Source: Utricularia gibba
Lineage: Eukaryota > Plantae > Magnoliophyta
Assembly (NCBI GenBank): GCA_002189035.1
Contig: NEEC01000011.1
Location: 2,666,001 to 2,730,000 of the forward strand
Reading direction: 5' to 3'
DNA length: 64,000 bases
Below are positions 1 to 11,381 of this stretch, piece after piece. The number at the start of each line of letters is the position of its first letter. Position 1 is the first letter of the stretch. A program made the position numbers and the translations under genes. Below the pieces are notes generated by a model. It was not told where the DNA came from, ran no database searches, and saw only the letters and a program-made list of their open reading frames with translations.

Positions 1-117
1 GATTAAATTACAAATTGAAATTGAGAAATTAAAAAGTTCAATTTGATGTATTAGCGGACAAGGATATTGAATAAGTGAAGTCCGTGTTTGGACAGTCCGT
101 GACTCTACACCTCGACA

Positions 118-942
118 ATGGGACTCTCGAAGATCGCAATCGCCGCCGTGGCGACGGCGCTATTCCTACTGTTCCTAGGAACCGCCGAGGCGCAGTCGGC
201 GGGAGGTTGCATTCAGCCGCTGCTGGTGTGCGCGCCTTTCTTGAACGGCACGACTCCGTCCGGCGAGTGCTGCGCCGCGATGCAAGACGTCATCGCGCAT
301 CAGCTTCCGTGTCTCTGCGCTATCTACTCAAATCCCGCGGTTCTTCAAGGGATTAATGTCAATCTCACTCAGGCTCTCACGCTCCCAGCACAATGCAATA
401 TCCACACCGGGGTTTCCGTTTGCTTCGGTACAATCAAACTCAGATCCATTTGAATTATCATTAATTGAGTTTTTGTGTGTAACTCTGCGTCTTGTTGTTG
501 TTAATGAGCAGCGCCGCCGCCGGCATCGGCGCCCCGCCCATCCCCCGTCCCGACCCCCACAACAGGTATCGGGATTCAAACTCTTGTTTAGGGTTAAATT
601 AAATGCTAAAGTCAAAGATTACAACCGCACCATGTGAATGAGTTGGGGTGGGTGGTGAAAATGCAACCGCGTTGGGCTCAGAAAGCATTCATTCCATGCT
701 TGACTAGTTTATCCACATCTTTCTTGTTACCTTTTTTGCTGCAAGTTTTTGACCGTTTTACGGTGTGGTTCTGAATCGGTTTCTGAGTTGAAGCCATTTG
801 TCTCTTTAAAGTTGTGATCTTGGGTTTTGGGTTGTTAATCTGACCATTGAGATGATGTTGTTCAGATAATGGTATCGGAAAAGCATCCTGGATCGGGCTG
901 CCGGCATCAATCTTTGCCATGGTTCTCGCATTTCTCTATTGA
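118..942 (+). CDS. GPI-anchored non-specific lipid transfer protein (LTPG / xylogen-like)
   Basis: Exons 118-427, 512-565, 866-942 with GT-AG introns in consistent phase. Signal peptide, 8-cysteine motif (C..C..CC..CLC..C..C), Pro/Ser/Thr-rich linker APPPASAPRPSPVPTPTT, then hydrophobic GPI signal DNGIGKASWIGLPASIFAMVLAFLY*. Confidence 0.9.
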
Positions 943-1841
943 GCTTGGTACCAAGCTCGTACAGGGTTCTACTTGATCTGTGTGATGAGCGAAGCCTTGG
1001 TTTGTATGGCGATAATGATTCTTGAGAAAACCAGACATCTCATGTACTATTTTCCCTTTTCAAGTCCTGGTATTTCGTTGCGATTAGCAATGAGAGAAAT
1101 CCAGTTGCTTCCTGTGTTTCGCTTTTTGAAATACGTTTTCCTCGCAAGCGAGTAGTGCGTTGGGGGCGCCGACGAAGCAAAAACCCATCCTCTCCTAATA
1201 GAAGCCCTGGTATCTTCTATAAGGGGAGGATTCCGCACGGTAGTGGCACTTCCGATGGGGAAGGGATTCTTGCTCAGTTCCTAGTCCGGTTGTCGCGATT
1301 ACGCTGTTCCCTAGGTGCGTGTTTGTCACACTTGCAACGTCCAACACCAGCGATCAACGGTGAATCGGAATGAAAAGTAACCACTCCGATCGGGCGCCAC
1401 GTGATATTCCTCTCCGGGGAGGTACCTTGGTTGATTCTCCGAAGGCGATGGAATCCTGGAGGAGCCACTCGATTAGACAAAAACGACAATGGGGTACTTG
1501 GGTGTGGAAGGTTTCAGGGTAGTAACCGTGGAGCTTCTTATGTCAGCCGTTCGATTGTGCCCCATCAACGGGAAAGAATATTAGTTAATTCGGAGGAGGA
1601 GATGTGGATATGGAGATTTGAGTGTGGACAGGAGTGAGATAAAACGTTTCCCCAAGGAAAAAGGCTATCTTGCTCCTCCGTGCCGGAATCTACTCGCCTC
1701 CGAGGTATATTCTCTCCCGTTTCGGCTAATGTTTAAAAAGGGCTCTCATTTTGTGTAGCTTTGCGTGTTAGAAGATCAGGGATACAATGTATTAACTGTT
1801 TGATGCCATCACGTTGTACCTCTGTTCAGTTCGAAGTAAAT

Positions 1842-3530
1842 ATGGTGTCTTTGATCACATTACCTCCTCTACAGCAGGCTTATCTGTCAAGTTCATCAGC
1901 CCAGGTAATATTTTGGCCTTTAATGGCTATTCTTCAAGTTTACCCACGCTATGAATTTTTAAATTTATGTTTATGCAGTTAGGTTTGCAGGGGCGTGGCC
2001 GTGTTGGAAGGGATGTTTCCTTTGCACCTCGGTGTTCTCTTTCAACTTCTCCATGCGAAGGTACCCAGCTTTGTTTTGTTCAATTGAAACTATTACACGA
2101 AGCATTAGTGTATATGCATTCCTTTGAGATCATCAGTGTTCTAGTTCACTTCTTCAGGTGTCATTAATTTTCGCATAATTTTATAATGCGACTAAATTCA
2201 TTGTGATGTATTACTACTTCATGTGACAGATGGAGCTAACAGGCGCCAAGTTCTTACCTTGGGGGCGATTGGTGTCCCCTTACTCTTATCTTCGCAGCCT
2301 TCAGCATGTATGTGTTGTTTTCTGAAAATATTTATTCACCTTACTGAAAAGTTTTACTTTTGACACTGCTAGCACCACCTTTGAGAGGAGTAATGTATCT
2401 CTGTGCTGTATGGGGCATTATGGAATGCCTTTTTTATAGTGTTTTCCGCCTGCTGAAAATGCTAAGAGTATTCCATTGATGTTACTCAGTTGCTGCAGAA
2501 ACCAAGAAAGGATTTCTTCCAGTCACCGATAAAAAGGATGGATATGCTTTTCTGTATCCTTTTGGTTGGCAGGTAATCTTTGTTACATCTTTTCTCTCAG
2601 GTTGTTTTCTGTTTTTATTTTTGAGTGTTTTTGACTATTTTGAGTCTTTCTTGCATCGCAGGAGGTAATTGTAGAAGGGCAGGACAAGGTCTTCAAAGAT
2701 GTGATTGAGCCCCTGGAAAGTGTTAGTGTAAGTGCAGTTCCTACTGCCAAACAAGATATTCGCGAGTTTGGGTCTGCAAAGGAGGTTTGCATAAGTTGAA
2801 TATTTTGCTAAGCTCCTCATTAAGCTTCCAAGTTATTCAGATGATTTTAGTTTTTCTGTCATTCTAGGTTGCTGAAACCTTGATTAAAAAAGTCCTGTCA
2901 TCTCCAACTCAGAAGACCAAGCTCATTGATGCAGTAGAGGTAGTTTATTCTCTTTTCTTCTTCATATATTAGACAATGGTGGTTCGGAAATGGAATCCTT
3001 TGTCCCATATTGGCTATGGAATAGAGATGAATAGGGGAACACAAGGGTCACTTCAGGAGATCATTTCAATGTCATCTTCTGGTGTCATATTGTTTCCATT
3101 TTCTCCTTTCGGTGCTGGTTCTTTGTTTTTGCTTTCAAGAAGCATCTCTTTTGGTCCTTTTTTTCTGTTTGTTTTCATGCAAACATAGCTGAATAGCCTG
3201 GTTTTCCTACTGTGATTCTTCAGCACGAGGTTGACGGCAGAGCATATTACACAATTGAGTTCATAGCTCAAGCTCCCAACTACATTCGTCATGCTCTTAG
3301 TACAATCTCCATTGGAAATGGTATGAAACTCATCAAGGTTGCATTTTTTTGTACACACACACACTCGCCTAGCTAAGCATCTTTAGTAGATCGATTCTCT
3401 ACAGCTGCTGTGTGTTACCACAGGAAAGTTCTACACACTGACCACAGGAGCAAATGAAAGGAGATGGGAGAAGATGAAAGACAGACTGAAAACCGTGGTT
3501 GATTCTTTCCAAGTGTTCAACGTCGTCTGA
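1842..3530 (+). CDS. PPL1: PsbP-like protein 1, thylakoid lumen
   Basis: Spliced exons give a transit peptide, RR lumenal signal (NRRQVL), AAETKKGFLPVTDKKDGYAFLYPFGWQEVIVEGQDKVFKDVIEPLESVSV, HEVDGRAYYTIEFIAQAPNYIRHAL and KFYTLTTGANERRWEKMKDRLKTVVDSFQVFNVV*. All junctions GT-AG and in frame. Confidence 0.93.
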
Positions 3531-4378
3531 TTTCGGGTGTCGAAAATTTTCTTCCATGCCAAATTCCGATTGTGAATTATAGTAATCTTGGAGGCAATGT
3601 TTATTTCTCTGCTCAAATGTATGATATGTCATAGACCTCAATGTCATGTAACTCCTCCAGGCTCAATGTACAATCTTTTCATGAGGTTATCCTTGCTAAA
3701 GCATCTCATCTCCCTTTGTATCCATAGCACTGAAAGCTGACAGATGTTTTGATGATCTCTTTACTCTTTCTGCGCAGCTGTAGAAAACTACCCTCTGATC
3801 AGGACATAAACAACCCTTTTTTTTTCTGGGAAGAGAAGCAGATTAAGGTCAATCTATTCAGACACTCCCACTTTCAGAAAATGCAAGGCACTTGGGAAAG
3901 TCACCAACGCCACAGAAGGGAAAGCAGACAGAGTCACAGAATAGGGAGTTCGGACAAGAGAAGAGAAAATCAGCCCACCCAATATGACCACGAGTTCATT
4001 TATTGCGCATCGAAGCCCGACAGGCCCATTAACACCACACAGTGATGAGTAGCTGCTTTTCAAGATCTTTTTTTTTTTTTTTTTCAAAACTTACACTTCT
4101 TAGCATGCATGGTTTGTCAAGCTTGGTTCTTTCGCATGAGGGGAGTCTAACTATCGAACCAAGAGCTTATTGGGGAGGTGATCGTGTCTGCAACACCTCC
4201 AAGTCTCTCCTGCTTCAACTGCAGAGATGGAATATGAAGGGTTTATAAGGTGGTAATGCCACCATTCCTGTCAGAAATTTGATGATGGGGTGAAGGGTAG
4301 TAGTATTCTTGAGAGCATTTGGCCTGAGATGTTATGCTGGTTGGGTCCAGTTCGACCCCGGCATATGGTATGTCAAAA

Positions 4379-4437
4379 GGAATGGAATGGAATGGAATGC
4401 ACATACGATCTGCTGTCTGCTGCTGCTGCTGCTGCTG
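4379..4437. repeat. Adjacent microsatellites (GGAAT)4 and (CTG)7
   Basis: Read directly: 4379-4398 and 4417-4437. Confidence 0.95.
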
Positions 4438-5019
4438 TTGGTGTTCTCTTATCCCGATAAATCTGCCCCAACTCATAAATGATTTCCAGTGTGATTAGTT
4501 CATGATGAAAGCGAAATACAAGGGAGCTCGGAATAGGAGCTTTGTTACCGCTGGCTGTCAAAAAAGCAGAAATACACAGCAGCAGAGCGCAGAGTACCCG
4601 CAGGCAAGGAGTAAATTCTGTCTGTCTAAAAGCTACCGCAGTAAGTCACTCGGTTTCACTCCCTGCTCCTCCTATCTTTGACTTTCGACATGCGCACACG
4701 TTACTCTCCCACAAAAGACACACCCTTTTCTTCCCCAGACTCGCCTTCTAACACCAGCCACCCAACCCCTATCCCTTTTTTCACTCTTCTTACAGTTCAG
4801 CTAAGGTGATGCAATGTTTTGTCTGAAAAGATGGTATTTTTAATGGCTCAATGCGTAGGAATACATATATATATCGACATACACAAGAGGGAAAAAAATA
4901 GAAAAGAAATTATGTGGCCTCACAAGTACAACATGAGCCTGGTTTCATACATAACTGAACAGCACGACCTGACGCCTACTAGTCCATGTCGACACGAAGG
5001 CAGACCGCGTCGTTCCAAT

Positions 5020-5268
5020 TCAGTTGTGGAGAGGATTCGGGCCGCCGGGAACCAGCCGCTCCTCGAAGTCGAACCCAAGAGAAGAATCGTTATGGGGAGG
5101 CCGTCGGACAGGCGGACTACGTGGGAGCATCCGCGTTCGAAGCAGAAGGCGATGCTGATTGGAATGGATGGTCTGCTGTGCGCATCCGGTGGAGGCTGCA
5201 GCCGCCACGAGGATGGCGAGGAGGGCGGCGGAAAGATAGCGGCGGTTTGACGACGAGGCAGATATCAT
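5020..5268 (-). CDS. CLE peptide precursor, 82 aa (dodecapeptide RLVPGGPNPLHN; CLE9/10/14-like)
   Basis: Single exon MISASSSNRRYLSAALLAILVAAAASTG... with hydrophobic signal peptide and C-terminal CLE box RLVPGGPNPLHN*. Confidence 0.92.
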   Translation of the reverse strand: MISASSSNRRYLSAALLAILVAAAASTGCAQQTIHSNQHRLLLRTRMLPRSPPVRRPPHNDSSLGFDFEERLVPGGPNPLHN

Positions 5269-6122
5269 TGGAGAGGAGGGGATCAAACCAAACAGCGAGA
5301 GGGGAGTTGGACGAAGAAGGAGAGGAAGTGAAGAGCGCAGAGGGAGGTGTAAAAGGGTATTTAAAACAGGAAACAAGTGTTGAATTCCAACCCATGAGCA
5401 GCTTTGTACTCAACTCCATAAATGCTGCTGAGAAATGGGGCTTTGTGCACTGCACTGCTCCATTGGTTTTGCTTCCGGTATTGATTTTCTAGAGAACACA
5501 AACCAAAGCCCGCTGTAACACACCATCACCATTCACCAACCTCAATAACATGAAAAGATAGCTCTTGATTGATTGGCGAATCATGTAGCCCTGTCCCCTC
5601 TGCAAGAGCTCTTTGAAGTTCCAATAACCCGAAATCTATGTGGGATTATTTCCCTACGCCAAGGATCCCCTACTCCTCACCCATTTCACTTAGCTTCTCC
5701 CCAAAGCATGCCATCCAAAGACGCAAAAAACTGCCGATCAGATTATCAGGTTTGTCTAAGAAATCAACACTATCAGACCCAATAGAGAGAGGCTTCTTCA
5801 CACAGAGAAGAAGAAAACCTGGTAGAAACTTCAGTTATTGGGCCCCACATGAGGAAACCCAAAGAGACAAATGAATTCCTGGCCCGTATAAGGAGGCCCG
5901 ATAAGGGAGCTCAATTGCGCGCATACACAAGCTGAAAGACGCTAAACGACATCGTTTTGCGGATCCTCCCTCGTAGTTTTCGCCCGCCGTCTTTCTCTTG
6001 CTCGCTTCAGTTTCATCGCCCCCATTCTCAGAGTCTTCTGCCTCTGAGTTCAGTTCCAATTGAAGGCTGCATCTCATTTCCTCCATTCTTGATCTCTTTT
6101 ACAGGCAGTTACACATTCACAA

Positions 6123-7947
6123 ATGACTTCTTTTGGGAATCCCTGTCCCAAGATTTCGACTCCTTTGCCTGTAGCGTCGCGCTCGATTCAGAAGCCACTG
6201 TTTCTCTCTTCATTTTCCGTTTCCGAGTCCAAACCCAAGCCTGCATTGGCGTTGACGGCGGCTCCCCATTCGCAGGTTCGTTGTGTGAGAACTTACTACA
6301 TTCTGAAGTCGAATGATATGCCTCCCTTTGTTCTTATGTTTTTTCGGATACGCTCGGGGTAATTCATACATTTGGGCGATGAAATCAAAACAGCTTGCAT
6401 TTTGATATTCTGTTGCTGAATTAGAGCATCCACTTCTTACGCAAACCATCTTGCACGCTATTCATTGTATAAACAAATAAGGAAACACTTGAAGAATTAA
6501 GTGTTCTAGTCGCCATAGCTGAAGGCATTCAATAGGCCCTGAGTTACTGAAAAGGTCTTATTGACCACCAATATTCGGAATCTGGAATTTCAGTCAATAA
6601 ACAATGCATGCGAAAACTTTTGGGGATTTGTGCATATAAATTCTCTTTCTGGGCAGGGATGTAACCGGGCTCAGTCTGATGTTTTCAGGGCACATGCCCA
6701 GCTACCAGAGGTACGAGTTGTGCTTTTATGCTATGCCGAGACGTCTATTATTTGATGTTGTTTCTTTCCATAGAATGCTAAATTTTTCGGTTGTTCTTTT
6801 GAGGCTTCTGGTGATAAAACACCGAATGCTGCTCACACACTCGAGCCAGCTGTGCCTCTGATTTCGGAAAACCACCATGTCCCAGTTTCAGCAAATTCTG
6901 TTTCCGCTCTCCTGCGTCAAGTGACTGATCTTGTCAAGTAAATGATTCTTAAGCATGTACGTCTGATCATTTCCTGCTTTGTCCTGATGGCACCAATTTT
7001 TGCTTGATGCAGGCTTGTGGATTCAAAAGATATTGTTGAACTGGAACTAAAAAATCTAGATTGTGAAGTTGTTATCAGGAAAAAAGAAGCATTGCCTCAG
7101 CCGTCATTTGCAAATCCTCTTGTTTTTGCCCCTTCTGCTCATCAACCTGTGCCAACTGCTCCGTTGACCACTGCAAGTGCAGCCCCAGCCGCCGTTCCCC
7201 AGGCTCAGCCTGCACCAAAACCAGTAGCACCGATTCAACCCAAATCCTCACATCCGCCATTCAAATCTCCAATGGCGGGGAACTTTTATAGGTCTTCTGC
7301 TCCTAATGCACCTCCTTTTGTCAAGGTAAAAATTGCTAGATTCTATATTTTTTCAATGCAGCACTATCAAGTCTCTACAGTGTATTTTCTGAATGAAGTA
7401 TTGGCGGGTCGTTTGGATCAATTATTTTTTAGGTTGGAGATAAGGTTCAAAAGGGGCAAGTACTATGCATCATTGAGGCCATGAAACTTATGAATGAGAT
7501 TGAGGTATGCCTTTAGTCTCGCCCTACGCTTCTTTTTACCTTTTGTTCATCACAATGTGTGTGTGGTTCCTGCTGAAAATCTTTTATACAAGAACATCCC
7601 ACCGCCCCGTAAACCTGAACTCATATACTTTCTCACCAACTTCACACCTATATCAGGCATTTTCCGGCCATATTATTTTTTTGTGAGCCTCGGAGAATGA
7701 AAACCCGATTAGCCTCATATTGCATGCAATCCAAGGCAAAATCCCTACTCTGTTTACATGTTTTTCAGGCTGATCAGTCTGGCACTATTCTTGAAATACT
7801 CGCTGAGGATGGGAAGCCCGTCGGAGTAGATGCAGTAAGTTCTATTTCCTCCGTTTACATACATTTTTTCTGACCCAAGGCATGACTTTGTATATATGCC
7901 TGCTTTTTCTGTGGCATTTGCAGCCGTTGTTCGTGATTGGGCAATGA
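6123..7947 (+). CDS. BCCP: Biotin carboxyl carrier protein of plastid heteromeric acetyl-CoA carboxylase
   Basis: Transit peptide; KLVDSKDIVELELK; Pro/Ala linker; PPFKSPMAGNFYRS..PPFVK/VGDKVQKGQVLCIIEAMKLMNEIE (AMKLM biotinylation motif)/ADQSGTILEILAEDGKPVGVDA/PLFVIGQ*. Seven GT-AG exons in frame. Confidence 0.93.
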
Positions 7948-9616
7948 AAGCAAGGAAAGCTTGGCTACTTCAATGGTGGAGCCCGGACAAGAATGATGCT
8001 TCTGTAGTTGTTCACCTCTGCTGGTGCCATTTCTGGACCAACTGATAAAAATCACTTTTTGGTGCCACTGACTAGGAGAGCTTGTATGGTTTCTTTGGGC
8101 TGTTCCAAACCATAATCTTGGAAGACGAATTGATGTTCATTTGAGCAAAAAGTGGGCTGTCCCTTCCAGAAAACGGCTACATGATTCGGGGAAAGGCGAT
8201 CGGAGACGGACGATTCATCATCTCTTAGCAAGCCCTCATTTTCCAGCACGGCCTCTCTGCTTCCGTCCTTCCCCGGTAACATTGTGCAATGCGGCAGAGC
8301 CGGTATACATATCTGGTCGACGCATTTTCTGAAGGAAGCTGAAGTCGTCGGTAGTTCCAGCAGCATCAGGTGTTGATAGATCCACCACGATCATCAGAAC
8401 CCCGCCCAAGATTTTACAGAATCATTGCGAAAATCCAACGAAAAGCAGCGATCTCGGCGCAACTTATTTACGTCAACCAAACATTTCCATGGAAGCGAGT
8501 CTTCTTCCGCCGCCTTCCCGATCGTTATATCCACTTTCACCCTTTTTCGGCATTTCCTTCTCCGATTGCTCATCCAGAGGCGCAGTCATCACTCAGACGG
8601 CTCGCGCGACTTCTTCGCCGCCGCCTTTTCCCAATCCACTTTCGCCCTGTCCCCTTCCCTCCCGGACTCCACGCCGAAGGCTCTGTCTCGGGGAGTATTT
8701 CCCCCAATCACTTTTGCTTCACCCGTCCTTGTTATCAACTTGGGCCCCCAGATGCACTCTTCGCTGATTCTTGGCCCATTTACTATGGAGCAGTTACAAT
8801 GAATATTGATTTTCTTATTTCTTTCACTAAATTAGAAATTGATTTTATCATTTAGTTAACCAATTGCATAAAGAAAAATCCAGAGCAAAGAAGGAAAATT
8901 CATTTGAATTGGGTCGGAATTTAAAAGCAATGTAATAACTTAGAAGGCACTGTTCAGAATAAAGCAAAAGTGGAGTCTAAAGGAAAGCAATTTAGACCAG
9001 ATCAAACAACCCCACAAAAACCTCATTTAAAATACTATATAAAATAATAATGATTATTATTTTAGGAAAAAAATATTATTATACCTTACCCTCTCATTTA
9101 AGATATCCCAATGAAATAAGAGTAGTGAAAATACCAAGTAATTTATTATGGGATTTCTGTTCTTTCCATTTTTTTTGTCATGATGACCAGCCAGCCAATC
9201 TATCACTTTTCCAGACTCTTAACTTTTCTGCTCATTCCCTCTTTTTGTTTTGTTTTTATTTTAGTTTTGGGAGGGAGGGCATGCCTTGGCTACTTCACCA
9301 AGGACAGCGATAAAGGAATTGTCCAAACGTTAGTTGGTTACATGGGCTTTGGTTTTCTGAGAAGGGGATGCAAAGAATCTTGGCATAACTTTCCATTCAA
9401 ACTTGTCAGAATGGAGTCTTCTATAACAGCCTTACATGTCTCCTCCAATCTCACTATTGGGTGAATCCAAGTATTATGCTGCCTTTTGCTTTAGTGCTTT
9501 TAAATCCCACCACATAAATCTGAGCTGAGACATTTCTGTACAGGAACCTTGTTTTCAGATCAGTTTTGTCTTTGTTTAGCCGCATCTGGTGTCCCCAGTT
9601 CTGCAGATATCAAGAC

Positions 9617-9850
9617 ATGCCCTGCTTCAACACCAGAACTGTCATTTTTGCTATGGTTCTTATTGGGATGCTCTCACTACAACAAGCCAGAGTTTCTGGT
9701 TTGAGAAGAAACCATTTTCATGTTCTTCAAGGGAGCCAAAGGGCTGTTGCCGCCAATGCACCTTCACCAGCTGCAGTCGCTTGTGACCCTTATCAATCGC
9801 AGAAGCGAAGAGTTTACCGCGGTCCTGACCCGATTCACAACAAATGCTGA
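9617..9850 (+). CDS. CLE peptide precursor, 77 aa (dodecapeptide RRVYRGPDPIHN; CLE45/CLE25-26 group)
   Basis: MPCFNTRTVIFAMVLIGMLSLQQARVSG signal peptide; ...SQKRRVYRGPDPIHNKC*. The xDPIHN ending is typical of the CLE25/26/45 group. Confidence 0.88.
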   Translation: MPCFNTRTVIFAMVLIGMLSLQQARVSGLRRNHFHVLQGSQRAVAANAPSPAAVACDPYQSQKRRVYRGPDPIHNKC

Positions 9851-10079
9851 TGATGGGGGCTGAAGGAACAGCTTTGTATCAGCTCAGAGATATGAAGTGC
9901 AGTGCTTGCTCTTCTGAGGTTTCTTGTACCATAGCTCTGTTTTCTTTGATTTTTCTGTTAGATTCTGAAATCCCTGCTACCCCTCCTTGTTTTTCTTGGA
10001 CTTCAACGATTTGATATACAATCTTTGAGAATCTGTGACTCTATATACTTCCAGGAGCTTCAGCGCCCTCACAGAAACT

Positions 10080-11245
10080 GTGATCGATTGTATCTGTTTT
10101 TTCCGGTGGAAATCCAAAAATTTGACTGTTTTCTTGCGATGAGCAGTTTTCCAAATCATGTCCACTTATGCTCTTCAGCCTTTCCCGCATGAGGCTCCAC
10201 TTATCTCGTTTGATGCTCCTCAGAGAATTCACAATGTGACCCTTTTTCACAGCATCCTCGAACACGCAGAACTCTGAATCCTCATCGGGAAGCCCAATCT
10301 CATCAGATACAATTACAATGAGTCGAAATGGCTTCAAAAGAGACGGTTCAAAAGAAGATGTATTTCCAGCAATGTTTAAGCAAAAGTTGGAGGAAGCCAT
10401 CCCCCTTCCCGCTTCTCTTACCCCATTTGCTTCAGCACTTGCAGCTACGAAGTGGACTTCATCTTTGTTCTTAAGAAGAGAATCAAAGCTCGCATGGCTG
10501 AAATTAACATGCATATGAGAAGAAATAAGGAAAAGCCTTATATCTTTGCCATGTATCACTCTTCTAAAATAAGCCAAAGAAGGTCTTTGATCAAAGGTTG
10601 CTGAGCTAGCTGCTGGGACCGATCTCACCGTATGCTTGTATGATAAACATGGCAGAACTCAACTTTTTCCTCGTAGAAGACAAGCTACTAGGATGGTGAG
10701 CTACAATCAAATGATCCCTTCCGCCAAATTTCCTCCACTCCTTTCTATGTACTAGGAATGTCACCAGTTCTTCCTGCAGCAGCTTATCAATATTCTTCTG
10801 CTTTTCAGTAGTCCACCATTGCCCATTATAACTAATAGATGAGAAGAAAGGTACAAATATTACATCTGCTTCACTTGAATTCATCACTCTGGCTGCAGTG
10901 CAAGGCCTCGCCATATCTTCTGTATACGATGGCGACAGAAGATCAAGTGTAAGCCAGTACACCATGCTATGCAAATTCAAGCCACCACTTTTGAACTGGC
11001 TGCCTCAGATGAGCTACGTTTCATAACATGGGATTCAACATGCGAATTCGATGAAGCATTTACCACGATTATCTGAATCCCTGATCTGGGAAGCGAAGAT
11101 AAATGATGCAGGAGGTTTGCAAAAGAGTGACTACAGATGAAATCATAAGAAATATCGACAAGACTATCAGCCGCGGTGTGTGTGGATGCTTCCACGTCTC
11201 TAAATTCCAATACATGGGAAATAACCTGTTTAACTCAGAAAACAT
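10080..11245 (-). pseudogene. Exostosin/GT47 glycosyltransferase (ARAD1-like) pseudogene
   Basis: Collinear GT47 fragments (GGLNLHSMVYWLTLDLLS, EADVIFVPFFSSISYN, GGRDHLIVAHHP, YKHTVRSVP, GMASSNFCLNIAG, SDEIGLP, DAVKKG, VDMIWK) are split over different frames by deletions, with a stop in the N-terminal part and a broken splice donor. Boundaries approximate. Confidence 0.85.
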
Positions 11246-11367
11246 CTATCTTCCCACATCTTCATCAACATCAACCACAAATTTGCCATCTTTTCCCTTC
11301 AAACAATCGTGAAACACAACATGAATTACCCTCCGTCCACAGACCACCGTCGATCGGCTAGAAAAAT

Positions 11368-11381
11368 CCCCCCCCCCCCCC
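11368..11381. repeat. C14 homopolymer
   Basis: Read directly. Confidence 0.9.

Noticed and set aside
678-920. 80-aa minus ORF that could pass for a small peptide gene
   Set aside because: It is the antisense of LTPG intron 2/exon 3; no signal peptide or known peptide motif.
4119-4202. Two short imperfect hairpins (AAGCTTGGTTC/GAACCAAGAGCTT and GGAGGTG/CACCTCC) suggesting a miRNA or H/ACA snoRNA
   Set aside because: Stems are too short for a pre-miRNA, there is no match to conserved miRNAs I know, and no ANANNA hinge or ACA tail.
4340-4367. GTTCGACC tRNA T-loop-like motif
   Set aside because: The T-stem pairs at only 3 of 5 positions, and no acceptor, D or anticodon arms can be built.
4819-5492. 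Long ORFs overlapping the CLE gene (143, 168, 112 aa)
   Set aside because: Antisense or alternate-frame shadows of a GC-rich CLE exon; no recognisable domains.
6163-6176. AW-box (WRI1 site, CnTnG-n7-CG) in BCCP
   Set aside because: Only five specified bases, and it lies inside coding exon 1; expected by chance.
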